This document shows, one piece after another, positions 21,883-33,486 of a DNA stretch of 64,000 nt (its first letter is position 1; each line of letters begins with the position of its first letter). The stretch covers positions 320,001 through 384,000 of the forward strand of contig CAWGED010000005.1 in the NCBI GenBank assembly GCA_963821525.1. The letters are read 5' to 3'. Both the position numbers and the translations under genes were made by a program. The notes below the pieces were generated by a model. It was not told the DNA's origin and ran no database searches. It saw only the letters and a program-made list of their open reading frames with translations. The DNA is from an uncultured Gemmatimonadales bacterium (GTDB lineage Bacteria; Gemmatimonadota; Gemmatimonadetes; Gemmatimonadales; GWC2-71-9).

Positions 21883-23220
21883 ATGGTGATCCAGCCTCTA
21901 ATTGAACGCAAGCGCGACGGCGGAGAGCTCACCGCCGCCGAATGGACCGCTCTGGTCGAGGGATTCACCGCAGGAGCGGTGCCTGACTATCAGATGTCGG
22001 CACTGCTCATGGCGGTTGTGCTTCGGGGAATGAGCGCAGCCGAGCTCAACGCTCTCTGCGAAAGCATGCTCCACTCGGGCCAGACCCTCGACTTCGGTAC
22101 CTGGGCGGTTCCCCGGGTAGACAAACATTCGACTGGCGGCGTCGGCGACAAGGTTTCCCTGGTGCTGGCACCGCTCGTCGCAAGCTGCGGTGTTGCGGTC
22201 CCCATGATTTCCGGCCGCGGGCTGGGACACACCGGCGGGACCACCGACAAGATGGAATCGATCCCTGGATTTCGGACCGATCTTTCGCTCGCGGAGACCC
22301 GGGACCAGGTCCAGCGGATCGGCGTCGCGATGGTCGGTCAGACCGCGGAGATTGCCCCGGCCGACGGCCGGCTCTACGCACTGCGCGATGTGACGGGAAC
22401 CGTGCCCTCTGTTCCCCTCCTCGCCGCGAGCATCATGGCCAAGAAGCTCGCCGAGGGGCTGAATGCGCTGGTGCTGGATGTGAAGACTGGAAGCGGTGCC
22501 TTTCTTCCGGAAGCAGAGCGAGGTATCGAACTCGCGCGCACGATGGTCGGCTTGGGCGAGGCTCACGGTTGCCGAACCGTCGCCTACTTGAGCGCGATGG
22601 ATCAGCCGCTCGGCCGTGCGATCGGAAACGCTCTCGAAGTGGAAGAGGCGCTCCTCGCCCTCGCTGGCGAGGGTCCCGAAGACCTGTCCCGTCTCACTCG
22701 AACTCTTGCCATCGAGATGCTGCGGGCGGGCGGCGTCGTTAAGGACCGCAAGGAGGGAGCAGCCAGGGTCGATGAAGCCCTGGGCTCCGGTAAGGCTCTC
22801 GACACCTTCCGGAAAATCATCGAAGCGCAAGGCGGCAATCCCGCGGTAGTTGATGATCCCGGCGTGCTGCCTCAGGCCGAGGAAGTAGAGCTCTTTCCGG
22901 CACCGATCGGTGGTACGATTCGGCAGATCGAGCCACGAGCGTTGGGCGAGGCCATCGTGGAGATGGGAGGCGGCCGTCGCGCCCTGGGGGACGCGGTGGA
23001 TCACTCGGTTGGGTTTGTGGTGACGGTGAAGCCTGGAAGCAAGGTGATCGCCGGGGAACCGATCGCTTCGGTGTTCGCCAGGGACAAGGCAGGAGTCGAG
23101 ATCGGGCTCGCCGCGCTGAGGAGCGCGATCAAATTCACCGGAACGTCTGATCCACTTCCACTGGTGTCGCACCGAATTACTGCTGACGGGGTCGAAACTC
23201 TCGAACGAGGATACCTATGA
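21883..23220 (+). CDS. pdp: Pyrimidine-nucleoside/thymidine phosphorylase
   Basis: DKHSTGGVGDK, SGRGLGHTGGT, LYALRDVTGTV, LDVKTGSGAF. Confidence 0.95.
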   Translation: MVIQPLIERKRDGGELTAAEWTALVEGFTAGAVPDYQMSALLMAVVLRGMSAAELNALCESMLHSGQTLDFGTWAVPRVDKHSTGGVGDKVSLVLAPLVASCGVAVPMISGRGLGHTGGTTDKMESIPGFRTDLSLAETRDQVQRIGVAMVGQTAEIAPADGRLYALRDVTGTVPSVPLLAASIMAKKLAEGLNALVLDVKTGSGAFLPEAERGIELARTMVGLGEAHGCRTVAYLSAMDQPLGRAIGNALEVEEALLALAGEGPEDLSRLTRTLAIEMLRAGGVVKDRKEGAARVDEALGSGKALDTFRKIIEAQGGNPAVVDDPGVLPQAEEVELFPAPIGGTIRQIEPRALGEAIVEMGGGRRALGDAVDHSVGFVVTVKPGSKVIAGEPIASVFARDKAGVEIGLAALRSAIKFTGTSDPLPLVSHRITADGVETLERGYL

Positions 23221-23441
23221 GCGGTGGGCTTCTGCTGCTGCTCGCAATCGCCGTCTTCCTTGCCTGGTTGATGCGGCCCGGTCGTCACTCCCGGGATCCA
23301 TCAAACCTGGAGGAGCCGGACCAGGATGAGCTGGAGGCTGCCGAGCGGGAGGTCCGCGACCTCGGCGCTCACCAGCGGCCGGAAGATGGCTTCGAGGGAG
23401 ACGACTGGGGCCCAGGCGCAGGCAACCCTCGCGTCCAGTAG
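23217..23441 (+). CDS. Small membrane-anchored hypothetical protein
   Basis: N-terminal TM and acidic tail; ATGA overlap with pdp. Confidence 0.6.
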   Translation: MSGGLLLLLAIAVFLAWLMRPGRHSRDPSNLEEPDQDELEAAEREVRDLGAHQRPEDGFEGDDWGPGAGNPRVQ

Positions 23442-23810
23442 CGCCGAAAGCGAGGCCTCAGGAAGTCCGCCACCTTCCGATCCGCCGTTTAGAAACGTGC
23501 TACTCGTCCCTCCCTCGCTGCACGAGGGCACGCCTTCCCGAGCGACAGTGTTGAATTGCCTGACACCCGCCGCGAGCTACTCGCGAGTCCCGCCACAAGT
23601 TGGCCGCTCTGACCACTCTCTTTACAGCACCATTTCGGGGCTGGCGACGGCGGCTCAGGGATGAGCCTGACGGCCGTTGGTACGCCAAATGCTGACAATG
23701 ACTTAGCTGGTCCACTCAAAGCAGTATGGTAGCGATCCAAGAGTAGACAACAATTCGGGACCCGCGATGCGGGCCGACACGGGTACCGATCTGTGACGGG
23801 GAGGTAGGAC

Positions 23811-24920
23811 GTGGGGGTCACGCGCGAACAGACGCGGAGGCTTGCTCCGCGGACGCGGTACGGGAACGGACCGAACGGTGGCCACGCCGGGAACACGGCG
23901 GCCCGAATTCTCGTGGTTGATGATGAGGCGTCCAACGTCGAAGCACTGATCCGGATTCTCAATCGCGCCGGATTCCGTCACGTGAAGGGCACGACTGATT
24001 CGCGCTCCGTTCTCCAGCTGCTCGAAGATCACAATCCCGATCTGATCCTGCTCGACCTTCACATGCCGAATATGGACGGTTTCGCGGTGCTGACCCAGCT
24101 CCGCGCCGCGATTCCTTCCGATTGCTATCTGCCGATCCTCATGCTCACCGCCGACGACAGCGCTCAGATGAGACAACGGGCGCTTTCGATGGGAGCCAAG
24201 GATTTCCTCGGCAAGCCGTTCGACGTCCCCGAAGTGCTCCTCCGGATTCGCAACCTGATCGAGACCCGCACGTTGCACCTCGCCCTGCAGTCCCAGAACC
24301 AGAGTCTCGAGCGCCGAGTGGCCGAGCGCACCGCCGCGCTGGAGCGGACTCAGGTCGAAGTCCTGGAGCGCCTGGCGGCCGCTGCGGAGTTCCGGGACGA
24401 CGCGACCGGGCGGCACACCCAGCGGGTTGCCGCGCTGGCGGGCGCCCTCGCCGTCGATCTGGGCGTGGGAGAGACCGTCTCCAGCCTGATTCGGCGGGCG
24501 GCACCACTGCATGACGTGGGGAAGATCGGAGTGCCTGACCGCATCCTGCTCAAACCCGGGAGGCTTACCCCTCGCGAGCTGGGGGTGATGCGGACTCATA
24601 CGACGATCGGTGCCCGGATCCTGGGCGGAGGCAAGTCCGCGATGATCCAGATGGCGCAGCGTATCGCGCAGAGCCACCACGAGCGGTGGGACGGGAAAGG
24701 ATATCCCTACGGGCTGGCCGGGGAGGCGATCCCGCTCGAAGCTCGCATCGTCGCCATCGCGGACTTCTTCGACGCGCTGACTCACGACCGGCCATATCGC
24801 AGCGCGCGGCCGGTGGAAACAGTAAGGGTCGAAATCAGCCGCCGGAGCGGGGCTCATTTCGACCCTCAGGTGACTGAAGCGTTTCTCTCGTTTCAGTCTC
24901 CGGAGCAGATGCTGCGATAG
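23811..24920 (+). CDS. RpfG-like response regulator with HD-GYP c-di-GMP phosphodiesterase
   Basis: REC (VVDDE, LLDLHMP, KPF) plus HDVGK, HHERWDGKGYP, DALTHDRPYR. Confidence 0.92.
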   Translation: MGVTREQTRRLAPRTRYGNGPNGGHAGNTAARILVVDDEASNVEALIRILNRAGFRHVKGTTDSRSVLQLLEDHNPDLILLDLHMPNMDGFAVLTQLRAAIPSDCYLPILMLTADDSAQMRQRALSMGAKDFLGKPFDVPEVLLRIRNLIETRTLHLALQSQNQSLERRVAERTAALERTQVEVLERLAAAAEFRDDATGRHTQRVAALAGALAVDLGVGETVSSLIRRAAPLHDVGKIGVPDRILLKPGRLTPRELGVMRTHTTIGARILGGGKSAMIQMAQRIAQSHHERWDGKGYPYGLAGEAIPLEARIVAIADFFDALTHDRPYRSARPVETVRVEISRRSGAHFDPQVTEAFLSFQSPEQMLR

Positions 24921-24926
24921 GCCGGT

Positions 24927-26885
<1,959 letters not shown>

Positions 26886-27246
26886 TCAGGGGGTAACGCC
26901 ATCGCGCCGGCGGAACCCGCCGGGCATCCATCGTATCGACTTGATCCGACCGGTCCTGCCCGGCATTGATCCGGGCCAGGATGGTCGGAGTCATCAGGCC
27001 CAGCTCACTCGCCCATGGTGCGCTCGCCACCCGCACGCGGAGCACGCCGTCGGCTGTCACCGAATCGGGCTCCGTCACCCGAGCGATCTGCGGTCCCACC
27101 AGCCGCGCCCACTCGTCCAGCACACTCGCCTGCTGTACTCGGCGCGACAGGCCAGCGGACTTGAGATACTTGTCCAACGCATCTTTGAGCACCGTCGGGC
27201 CGGTGGGAGCAGGAGTCAGACGCCTTGTTTTTCTGGACTCAGCCAT
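26886..27246 (-). CDS. DUF721/DciA family protein; +1 frameshift near 26960
   Basis: W..LVG.QIA..T.P...DGVLRVRV.S..WASEL; removing one G gives ...INAGRTGRIKSIRWMPGG...* ending at 26886; lies between recF and gyrB. Confidence 0.82.
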
Positions 27247-27320
27247 AAGCCGTAAGCCTTACGCTATAGCCGCTCGGAACCCGGAACTCGGAACTACTCA
27301 GTCCTCGATACTCACTACTC
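27240..27320. repeat. Composite heptamer arrays
   Basis: AGCCATA-AGCCGTA-AGCCTTA-CGCTATA; CTCGGAA-CCCGGAA-CTCGGAA; ACTCAGT-CCTCGAT-ACTCACT. Confidence 0.7.
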
Positions 27321-28383
27321 CACCCCTCACCCTCCACACCGGCAGCTCCATGCCCGGTCCCAGCTCGTCCGCCCGAGGCGAGGTGATGAACACCTGAGCC
27401 TGTCCTACTCGCCGCAGCCGAGTCGCGAGCCGTTCCTGCCGCTCCTGATCCAGTTCGGCGAAGACATCGTCCAGCAGCAACGCCGGCGCTTCTCCCGCTG
27501 CCCGTCGCAGCGTTTCCAGCTCCAGCAGCTTCAGCGCGATCGCCGCACTCCGCTGCTGGCCGGTGGAGCCGAATTCCCGGACACCGTGCCCCTCGAGGCA
27601 GAGCCGCATATCGTCGCGGTGCGGTCCCACAGTGGTGGCGCCCCTCGCCTGATCCCGCGCCGCCGCCGCGTCGAGCGCGGCGGGCCATGCCTCGGGGTCC
27701 GCGAGCTCTGCTGGTCCCGCATATCCGAGATCCGCCGCGGCGCGAGGCTCGCCCAGAGCCAGCAACTCGTCGCGAAATCCGGCCTGCGCCTGTTCTACCC
27801 AGGCGAGGCGCCCGGCGACCACTCGCGCTCCAGCGCGTGCCAGCGGCGCGTCGAAGGCTCGGGCCAGATCCAGTCGTCCGGCGCGGAGTGCCGCGTTCCG
27901 CTGCCCGAGCGCGTGGCGGTATGTCGCAAGCGCCGTGAAGTATTGCCGGTCGGCCAGCGCCAGCGTGCGATCGAGGAACAATCGCCTCCCGGCCGCGGGT
28001 CCCGACGCGAGCCGTACATCCTCGGGGAGAAACGCCACCGCTACCCAGGTCCCGGCGCCATCGGCCAGCCGCCTCAGCGGCTCGCCATCCAGGACATGCT
28101 CTTTCTTGCGGCCCGCGGCGCGGTAGGTGACGGCCGCATGGTGGGACTGGTCGCGGGCTTCGAAGCGGAGAGCCACGTGAAAACCCGGCTCTCCAAACCG
28201 CACGATTTCCTGGTCCGAGGCCCCGCGCAGCGAGCGAAACAGCACGGGGAAGTAGATCGCCTCGAGCAGGCTCGTCTTACCCTCGCCGTTGGCGCCGAGG
28301 AGTACCGCGCCCTCGGGCCCTGCCTCCAGCGTGGTGTCCTTCAGGTTCCGGAAACTCCGGACTGTGAGCTCCTGGAACCGCAC
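27298..28383 (-). CDS. recF: DNA replication/repair protein RecF
   Basis: GANGEGKTSLLEA, GPHRDD, GSTGQQR, LLLDDVFAELD. Confidence 0.96.
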   Translation of the reverse strand: MRFQELTVRSFRNLKDTTLEAGPEGAVLLGANGEGKTSLLEAIYFPVLFRSLRGASDQEIVRFGEPGFHVALRFEARDQSHHAAVTYRAAGRKKEHVLDGEPLRRLADGAGTWVAVAFLPEDVRLASGPAAGRRLFLDRTLALADRQYFTALATYRHALGQRNAALRAGRLDLARAFDAPLARAGARVVAGRLAWVEQAQAGFRDELLALGEPRAAADLGYAGPAELADPEAWPAALDAAAARDQARGATTVGPHRDDMRLCLEGHGVREFGSTGQQRSAAIALKLLELETLRRAAGEAPALLLDDVFAELDQERQERLATRLRRVGQAQVFITSPRADELGPGMELPVWRVRGGVVSIED

Positions 28384-28811
28384 TACTGAATCGTCAGGTG
28401 ACGGATCGCGGTGTCACCGTGGGTACCGAGCACATCCACCCCGAACACCCGCACGGTAATCACTGCGCCCGAGAGACCGCCGGTCGTGATCGGCAGCCCG
28501 AAGCGCACCGTGTCCGAGCTCGCGATGAACGGTGGAAACCCCGATATCCCTCCCTCGGTCTCGAAGTACACCGTGTCTACCCCGTCGGCGTCCCCCACTC
28601 GCCCAGCCACGAAATACACCGGACCCGCGGTAATCGTGGTGTCTACAGACGGACGGTCGATCGTGCTGGTTGGGCCGCCTGCGGAAGGCCCCGTAGGGGG
28701 AGTAGGGAAGAAGATTCTGTCCCGCTCGTTGCACCCGAGCAGCGCCGTGCTAAGCACCGATATCACAAGGCCTGCGGCCAACTCCGGCAACCCGGGACGA
28801 CCCCTCTTCAT
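28383..28811 (-). CDS. Hypothetical lipoprotein (Ig-like)
   Basis: Lipobox LLGC, Pro-rich linker, beta-rich domain. Confidence 0.65.
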   Translation of the reverse strand: MKRGRPGLPELAAGLVISVLSTALLGCNERDRIFFPTPPTGPSAGGPTSTIDRPSVDTTITAGPVYFVAGRVGDADGVDTVYFETEGGISGFPPFIASSDTVRFGLPITTGGLSGAVITVRVFGVDVLGTHGDTAIRHLTIQ

Positions 28812-28874
28812 AGGACACAAATTTAGTCGGTAGACAGAGGGAATTGCAGGGTTGGAACCCCCCTTTTTGCGGGC

Positions 28875-29657
28875 TCATTTCCCTCGGAAACTGGCCTTAC
28901 GCTTCTCCAGAAACGCGGCCATCCCCTCCCGCATATCCTCGGTCGAGGCGAGCAGGCCGAAATGGTTTGCCTCGAGCAAATGGGCGTCCTCGGCGGTCAT
29001 TTCCAGGCCGGCATCCACCGCCTCCAGGACCAACCGGACCGCCAGGGGTCCGTTATCGAGAATGCTCCGAACCAGCTTTTCGGCTTCGGCCAGGAGCTGG
29101 TCAGCCGGGAACACCTTGTTGACCAGTCCTATGCGCCACGCCTCCTGGGCGTCGATCATCTGTCCAGTCAGCAACAGTTCCAGCGCGCGACCTTTTCCGA
29201 CCAGTCGCGGCAACCGGACCGTTCCGCCGTAGCCGGGGCCGATTCCCAGCCTCACTTCCGGCTGGCCGAATTTCGCGTTCTCGCTGGCGAGCCTCAGGTG
29301 GCACGCCATCGCCAGCTCACAACCCCCGCCCAGCGCGAAGCCGTTTACCGCCGCGATGACGGGTTTGCCCAGCCGTTCGATCCGACGAAACACCGCCTGT
29401 CCCTCCATTGCGCGGGCTTTCCCATCGAATGGGCCCTGCCGCGACAGATCACCGATGTCGGCTCCGGCGACGAACGCCTTGGGACCAGCACCGGTCAGGA
29501 TCACCCCGCCCACCGCCGCATCGGTTTCGACTGCCCGGATCGCCAGCCCCAACTCGGCGATGACCGCGTCGTTCAGCGCGTTGAGCTTGTCGGGACGGTT
29601 GACGGTGATGAAGGCGACGCCTTCGCGGATCTCGAGTAACAGGGTCGAGTACGACAT
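28875..29657 (-). CDS. Enoyl-CoA hydratase (crotonase family)
   Basis: NRPDKLNAL, AFVAGADI, ALGGGCELA, GQPEV. Confidence 0.94.
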   Translation of the reverse strand: MSYSTLLLEIREGVAFITVNRPDKLNALNDAVIAELGLAIRAVETDAAVGGVILTGAGPKAFVAGADIGDLSRQGPFDGKARAMEGQAVFRRIERLGKPVIAAVNGFALGGGCELAMACHLRLASENAKFGQPEVRLGIGPGYGGTVRLPRLVGKGRALELLLTGQMIDAQEAWRIGLVNKVFPADQLLAEAEKLVRSILDNGPLAVRLVLEAVDAGLEMTAEDAHLLEANHFGLLASTEDMREGMAAFLEKRKASFRGK

Positions 29658-29799
29658 GGGCTCTCGGGGGGAGGGGGCGGGCGAATTTTAGTCCGGTCGA
29701 AGGCGCCGGGGCAGGACTGTGGTTGGGGCCCTACAGACCTGAGGAGTCGGATAGTGACGCGGGGCCCTAAGGGCTCGGAAATCTTGTCCATAAGCCCTC

Positions 29800-29912
29800 A
29801 CATAGCGACGAAAATACTAACAGCAACTGTAGATATGATATCAATTAACAAATTGTGCTTTAATAACTTATGCTGAAATAGTTGCACTAGCTGTATATTT
29901 TATTGACACCTC
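29800..29912. promoter_or_regulatory. AT-rich divergent promoter region
   Basis: Markedly AT-rich stretch in a GC-rich window; contains TTGACA (29903) and a TGATATCA palindrome. Confidence 0.55.
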
Positions 29913-30066
29913 ATGAAAGCCAACGGCACCTGAGTTGCTCCTCCTCCAGCAGAGGTGCGATTGCCCGATTTTCGCCATGGGTTCTGTCGCCAACGAGGAG
30001 TTCTCTACGATAACCCGGTGTCAGGCTGTCTACGACTACCCTCTGGACGGAAGGCGCGTTGATGCG

Positions 30067-30225
30067 ATGACGGATCTCTACGGTCTGAACGATTATCCCG
30101 CACGGGATTCGATTCAGTACGGCTCGATTGCGGTGAGGGTTATCCTGATCGCGCTGGGTGGCTGGATCGCCTCGAAGGGTTTCGGCTGGCTGTTGACAAA
30201 GCTCGGCTGGGACCAGCCAAGGTGA
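30067..30225 (+). CDS. Small hydrophobic/amphipathic peptide (52 aa; start could be upstream)
   Basis: MTDLYGLNDYPARDSIQYGSIAVRVILIALGGWIASKGFGWLLTKLGWDQPR; GTGA overlap with next gene. Confidence 0.55.
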   Translation: MTDLYGLNDYPARDSIQYGSIAVRVILIALGGWIASKGFGWLLTKLGWDQPR

Positions 30226-30830
30226 AAACCATGAGAGGTCAAGCGCGCGCTGTGGTACGGAACCTGAAGCCGAGTCGTCAGCGCAGCCTCATCGCGCTCG
30301 GCGTCGGTCTGACTCTCGCGCTTGCCGCCATCAGTTGCGGCAGCAGCGACCTTCCGACTGCGGACCCCTCCACTCAAGCAGTGGTCTCGCCCAACTCGAA
30401 TCTTGAGTTGCTGGATCCAGCGAAGGGCCTGCTCGGCACCGGACTCCTGGCTTGCCGAGTTGAACCGTATCAGGTGACTACAAAGACCATCGGTCCGGCC
30501 GGTGGCCGAATCGAGGTCGGCCGGCACGTTCTGGTAATCCCTGCCGGCGCACTGTCTGCTCCGACTCAGATCACCGCCGAAGCGCCGAGCGATCCGGTGG
30601 CCTCGGTTCGCTTCTCTCCTGAAGGCTTGCAATTCAAGGAGGGGCTCGCGGCCCGCCTCACGCTGGACTATTCGAATTGCCCGCTCGGCCGGTTGCAGAT
30701 TCTGAAGCGCATTGCCTACACCACCGAGCGGCTCAACATCCTCAGCTACCTGCTCTCGCGGGACAATCTCCTGCTGCAGCGGGTCAGTGGCGATGTCGGG
30801 CACTTCTCTCGGTACGCGGTGGCCTGGTAG
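30222..30830 (+). CDS. Lipoprotein with ZU5-like beta domain
   Basis: Lipobox AISC; TIGPAGGRIEVG..LVIPAGAL...ITA...F.PEGLQF...HFSRYAVAW. Confidence 0.75.
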   Translation: MKTMRGQARAVVRNLKPSRQRSLIALGVGLTLALAAISCGSSDLPTADPSTQAVVSPNSNLELLDPAKGLLGTGLLACRVEPYQVTTKTIGPAGGRIEVGRHVLVIPAGALSAPTQITAEAPSDPVASVRFSPEGLQFKEGLAARLTLDYSNCPLGRLQILKRIAYTTERLNILSYLLSRDNLLLQRVSGDVGHFSRYAVAW

Positions 30831-30832
30831 AA

Positions 30833-32446
30833 ATGCAGTCCCGGGATAACTCGACTTCCGAGGCTCGGGCCGCCGGCTCGGGGGCGAAGCCTCGCGCCAG
30901 CGAACTTCTCGCCGAAGCCCAGGCCCACGAGAGATCGGGCCGGATCAGCGAAGCACTCGACGCGTACCATGTTGCCATCGCCTCCGCCGAGCGCTCGGCG
31001 GAGAATGCTGTGCTCGCGGAAGCGCTCCGTCGCCTGAGCATAGTCCACCATCACCAGAACGATGGCGATCGGGCCCGCGCGCTGTGCCAGCGGAGCTATG
31101 AAACGGCGCTCGCGATGGGGGAGTCGGGGCTGGCAGCTGAGGCATTGAACACTCTCGGTGGGTATGAGATCGAGCACGGCGCGATGCGGAGCGCCGCGGA
31201 GTACTTCGAGCGCGCGCTCACGCTCGGAGGGGCCGATCCCCGCCTGCGCTGCCGGATCGAACAGAACCTCGGCATCCTCGCCACCATTCGCGGCGACCAC
31301 GCGGCGGCACTGCGGCACTACGGAGCTTCACTCGAGGCTTCGCAGGCCATGGGCGACGACAAGGGCTGCGCTATCGCCTATCACAATCTTGGAATGATCA
31401 GCGCGGATCGTAAGCAGTGGGCCGACGCGGAGCGCTTTTACGAGCAGAGCCGCACGCTGGCTGAGCGGATCGGCGATGTGCACCTGCAGGGTCTGTGTCT
31501 CCTGAACCATTCGGAAGTCCACATTGCCCGTCAGGCCTACGAACTGGCCCGGCGCGACGCGGAGGCTGCATTGGCCATCTTCGACCGGCTCGGCTCCCGA
31601 CTGGACAAGTCCGATGCGTACCGAGTCATCGGGATGGTCTATCGGGACACGGGACGCATGCAGTTGGCGGAATCCCGGCTGCGGAGCGCGATTGATCTCG
31701 CCGTGAGCACCGGTTCGATCCTGAGCGAGGCCGAGGCCTCGCGCGAGCTGGCCTGGCTCTATCAGGCTCAGGGGCGAAATCAGGATGCACTCGGGCTGCT
31801 CAACGCATCCTATCGCCTGTTCCGCCGGCTCGACGCCGCGCTGGACCTGGTGGACGTCCAGGCCAAGGTCGAAGAGCTCGAGGGAACCTTCCTCGCGGTG
31901 GTGCAGGACTGGGGTCAGTCGATCGAATCGGCGGACAGCTACACCTTCGGCCACTGCGGCCGGGTCGCGGAGTATGCGGAGGCAGTGGGCCGTGCGCTCG
32001 GGCTGACGGAGGACGCTCTCACCACCCTGCGGCTGGGCGCCTATCTGCACGACGTCGGGAAGGTGAAGGTGCCGCACGAGATTCTGAACAAGCCCGGCAA
32101 ACTCACCGAAGCCGAGTTCGAAATCATCAAGCAGCACCCAGTCTGGGGTGTCGACCTGTTTTCCGCGATCGAGTTCCCCTGGGATATCAAGCCGATCATC
32201 CGCTGGCACCACGAGAAGTACGATGGCACCGGATATCCCGACCGCCTTCGAGGCGACGAGATTCCGCTCGCGGCACAGATCATCTGCATCGTGGATGTCT
32301 ACGATGCCCTCACCACGACTCGCAGCTACCGCCCGGCCTTGTCCCATGAGGAGGCATTGTCCGCCATGCGGGAGACCCCGCAGTGGTGGAGGCCTGACGT
32401 GCTCGACGCCTTCATGCGCTCGGTGGGCATCGCCGCCGCGGCATGA
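30833..32446 (+). CDS. TPR-repeat + HD-GYP phosphodiesterase
   Basis: About 8 TPRs (NTLG, QNLG, HNLG), then HCGRV, HDVGK, HHEKYDGTGYP, DALTTTRSYR. Confidence 0.9.
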   Translation: MQSRDNSTSEARAAGSGAKPRASELLAEAQAHERSGRISEALDAYHVAIASAERSAENAVLAEALRRLSIVHHHQNDGDRARALCQRSYETALAMGESGLAAEALNTLGGYEIEHGAMRSAAEYFERALTLGGADPRLRCRIEQNLGILATIRGDHAAALRHYGASLEASQAMGDDKGCAIAYHNLGMISADRKQWADAERFYEQSRTLAERIGDVHLQGLCLLNHSEVHIARQAYELARRDAEAALAIFDRLGSRLDKSDAYRVIGMVYRDTGRMQLAESRLRSAIDLAVSTGSILSEAEASRELAWLYQAQGRNQDALGLLNASYRLFRRLDAALDLVDVQAKVEELEGTFLAVVQDWGQSIESADSYTFGHCGRVAEYAEAVGRALGLTEDALTTLRLGAYLHDVGKVKVPHEILNKPGKLTEAEFEIIKQHPVWGVDLFSAIEFPWDIKPIIRWHHEKYDGTGYPDRLRGDEIPLAAQIICIVDVYDALTTTRSYRPALSHEEALSAMRETPQWWRPDVLDAFMRSVGIAAAA

Positions 32447-33450
32447 AACCCGAAGGACTCCCTTCCGAATGGGGTAGTGGCGATCTCGAATTGCTGAGCG
32501 AACTCGCGCGGGCGGGACGATTTCGCGAGGCGCTGCGGGCGTTCGACGACCGCAGCAAGCGAGGATCGTCCACACCTCCCCCTGAGGCCGAGTATCTCGC
32601 GGCACTCGCAGCGGCGCGACTCGGCGCCTATGAGCGCGCCTCACGGCTTGCCGAATCGGCATTGAGCCGGCTCAGCGCCCTGGCGGATGAGTCGGGCGCC
32701 ATGCGGGCCGCCAATCTCCTGGGAGGAGTCGCTTTCGAGCAGGGCCGGCTGGATGACGCGGAGGCACGTTTCGAAGAGACGCTCCGCCGGGCGCATCTGC
32801 TGAACGACGCCCAGATGGCGGCGCGAGCCTCCAACAACCTGGGCTCACTCGTTCACCTGCAGGGGAAGGATGCGCTGGCGGTGAATCTCTATTGCAGCGC
32901 GTTGCACGTGTACCGAATGCAGGGGGATCGCCTCGGTACCGCGCAAACCTGCCACAATCTCGCCTTGGCGTATCGATTGGAAGGGCGGTTCGCCGAGGCG
33001 CTGGACGCCAACCACCAGGCGGTCGAGGCCGCGGAGCAAGCCGGCGATCAGGCGCTTCTTGCGCTCACCCGGATGGGGCGCGCCGAGACCTGGCTCGAAT
33101 GGGGTGAACCGGCGAAGGCAGAGACCGAGCTGCGGGGTGCCCTGGAACTCGCCGCGACCTCTGGCGACGAGGCCGGTGTTGGAGAGGCGGAACGACTGCT
33201 GGCCCTCGTCGCGATGCAGCGGCAACGGTACGACCTCGCCATGCGGCACGCCCACAGGGGACGGAAGATCGCGGGACGGCTGCGCTGCACTGAACTGCGT
33301 GGCCAGTGTGACGCCATTTCCGCCCTTGCGGCCAGAGCCATCCGCCAGCCTCGACTCGCAGATCGGTTCCGGCTCCGGGCGGTGCAGGCCTTCCGCTCCC
33401 TCGGTGCCAGCGGATTACTCCGCCGTTTCGAGCTCGATTGGGCCAGCTGA
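32443..33450 (+). CDS. TPR-only protein
   Basis: NLLG, NNLG and HNLA TPR repeats; ATGA-coupled to the HD-GYP gene. Confidence 0.82.
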   Translation: MKPEGLPSEWGSGDLELLSELARAGRFREALRAFDDRSKRGSSTPPPEAEYLAALAAARLGAYERASRLAESALSRLSALADESGAMRAANLLGGVAFEQGRLDDAEARFEETLRRAHLLNDAQMAARASNNLGSLVHLQGKDALAVNLYCSALHVYRMQGDRLGTAQTCHNLALAYRLEGRFAEALDANHQAVEAAEQAGDQALLALTRMGRAETWLEWGEPAKAETELRGALELAATSGDEAGVGEAERLLALVAMQRQRYDLAMRHAHRGRKIAGRLRCTELRGQCDAISALAARAIRQPRLADRFRLRAVQAFRSLGASGLLRRFELDWAS

Positions 33451-33486
33451 CTCACTCCGCGGCCGGAGGCGGGATATCTTCCCGGC

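Noticed and set aside
23442..23810. c-di-GMP riboswitch upstream of the HD-GYP regulator
   Set aside because: Only short hairpins; no GEMM consensus seen
29780..29912. AT-rich tract near recF-gyrB as oriC
   Set aside because: No clustered TTATCCACA-type DnaA boxes (only a two-mismatch TTGTCCATA) and no dnaA; better explained as a divergent promoter
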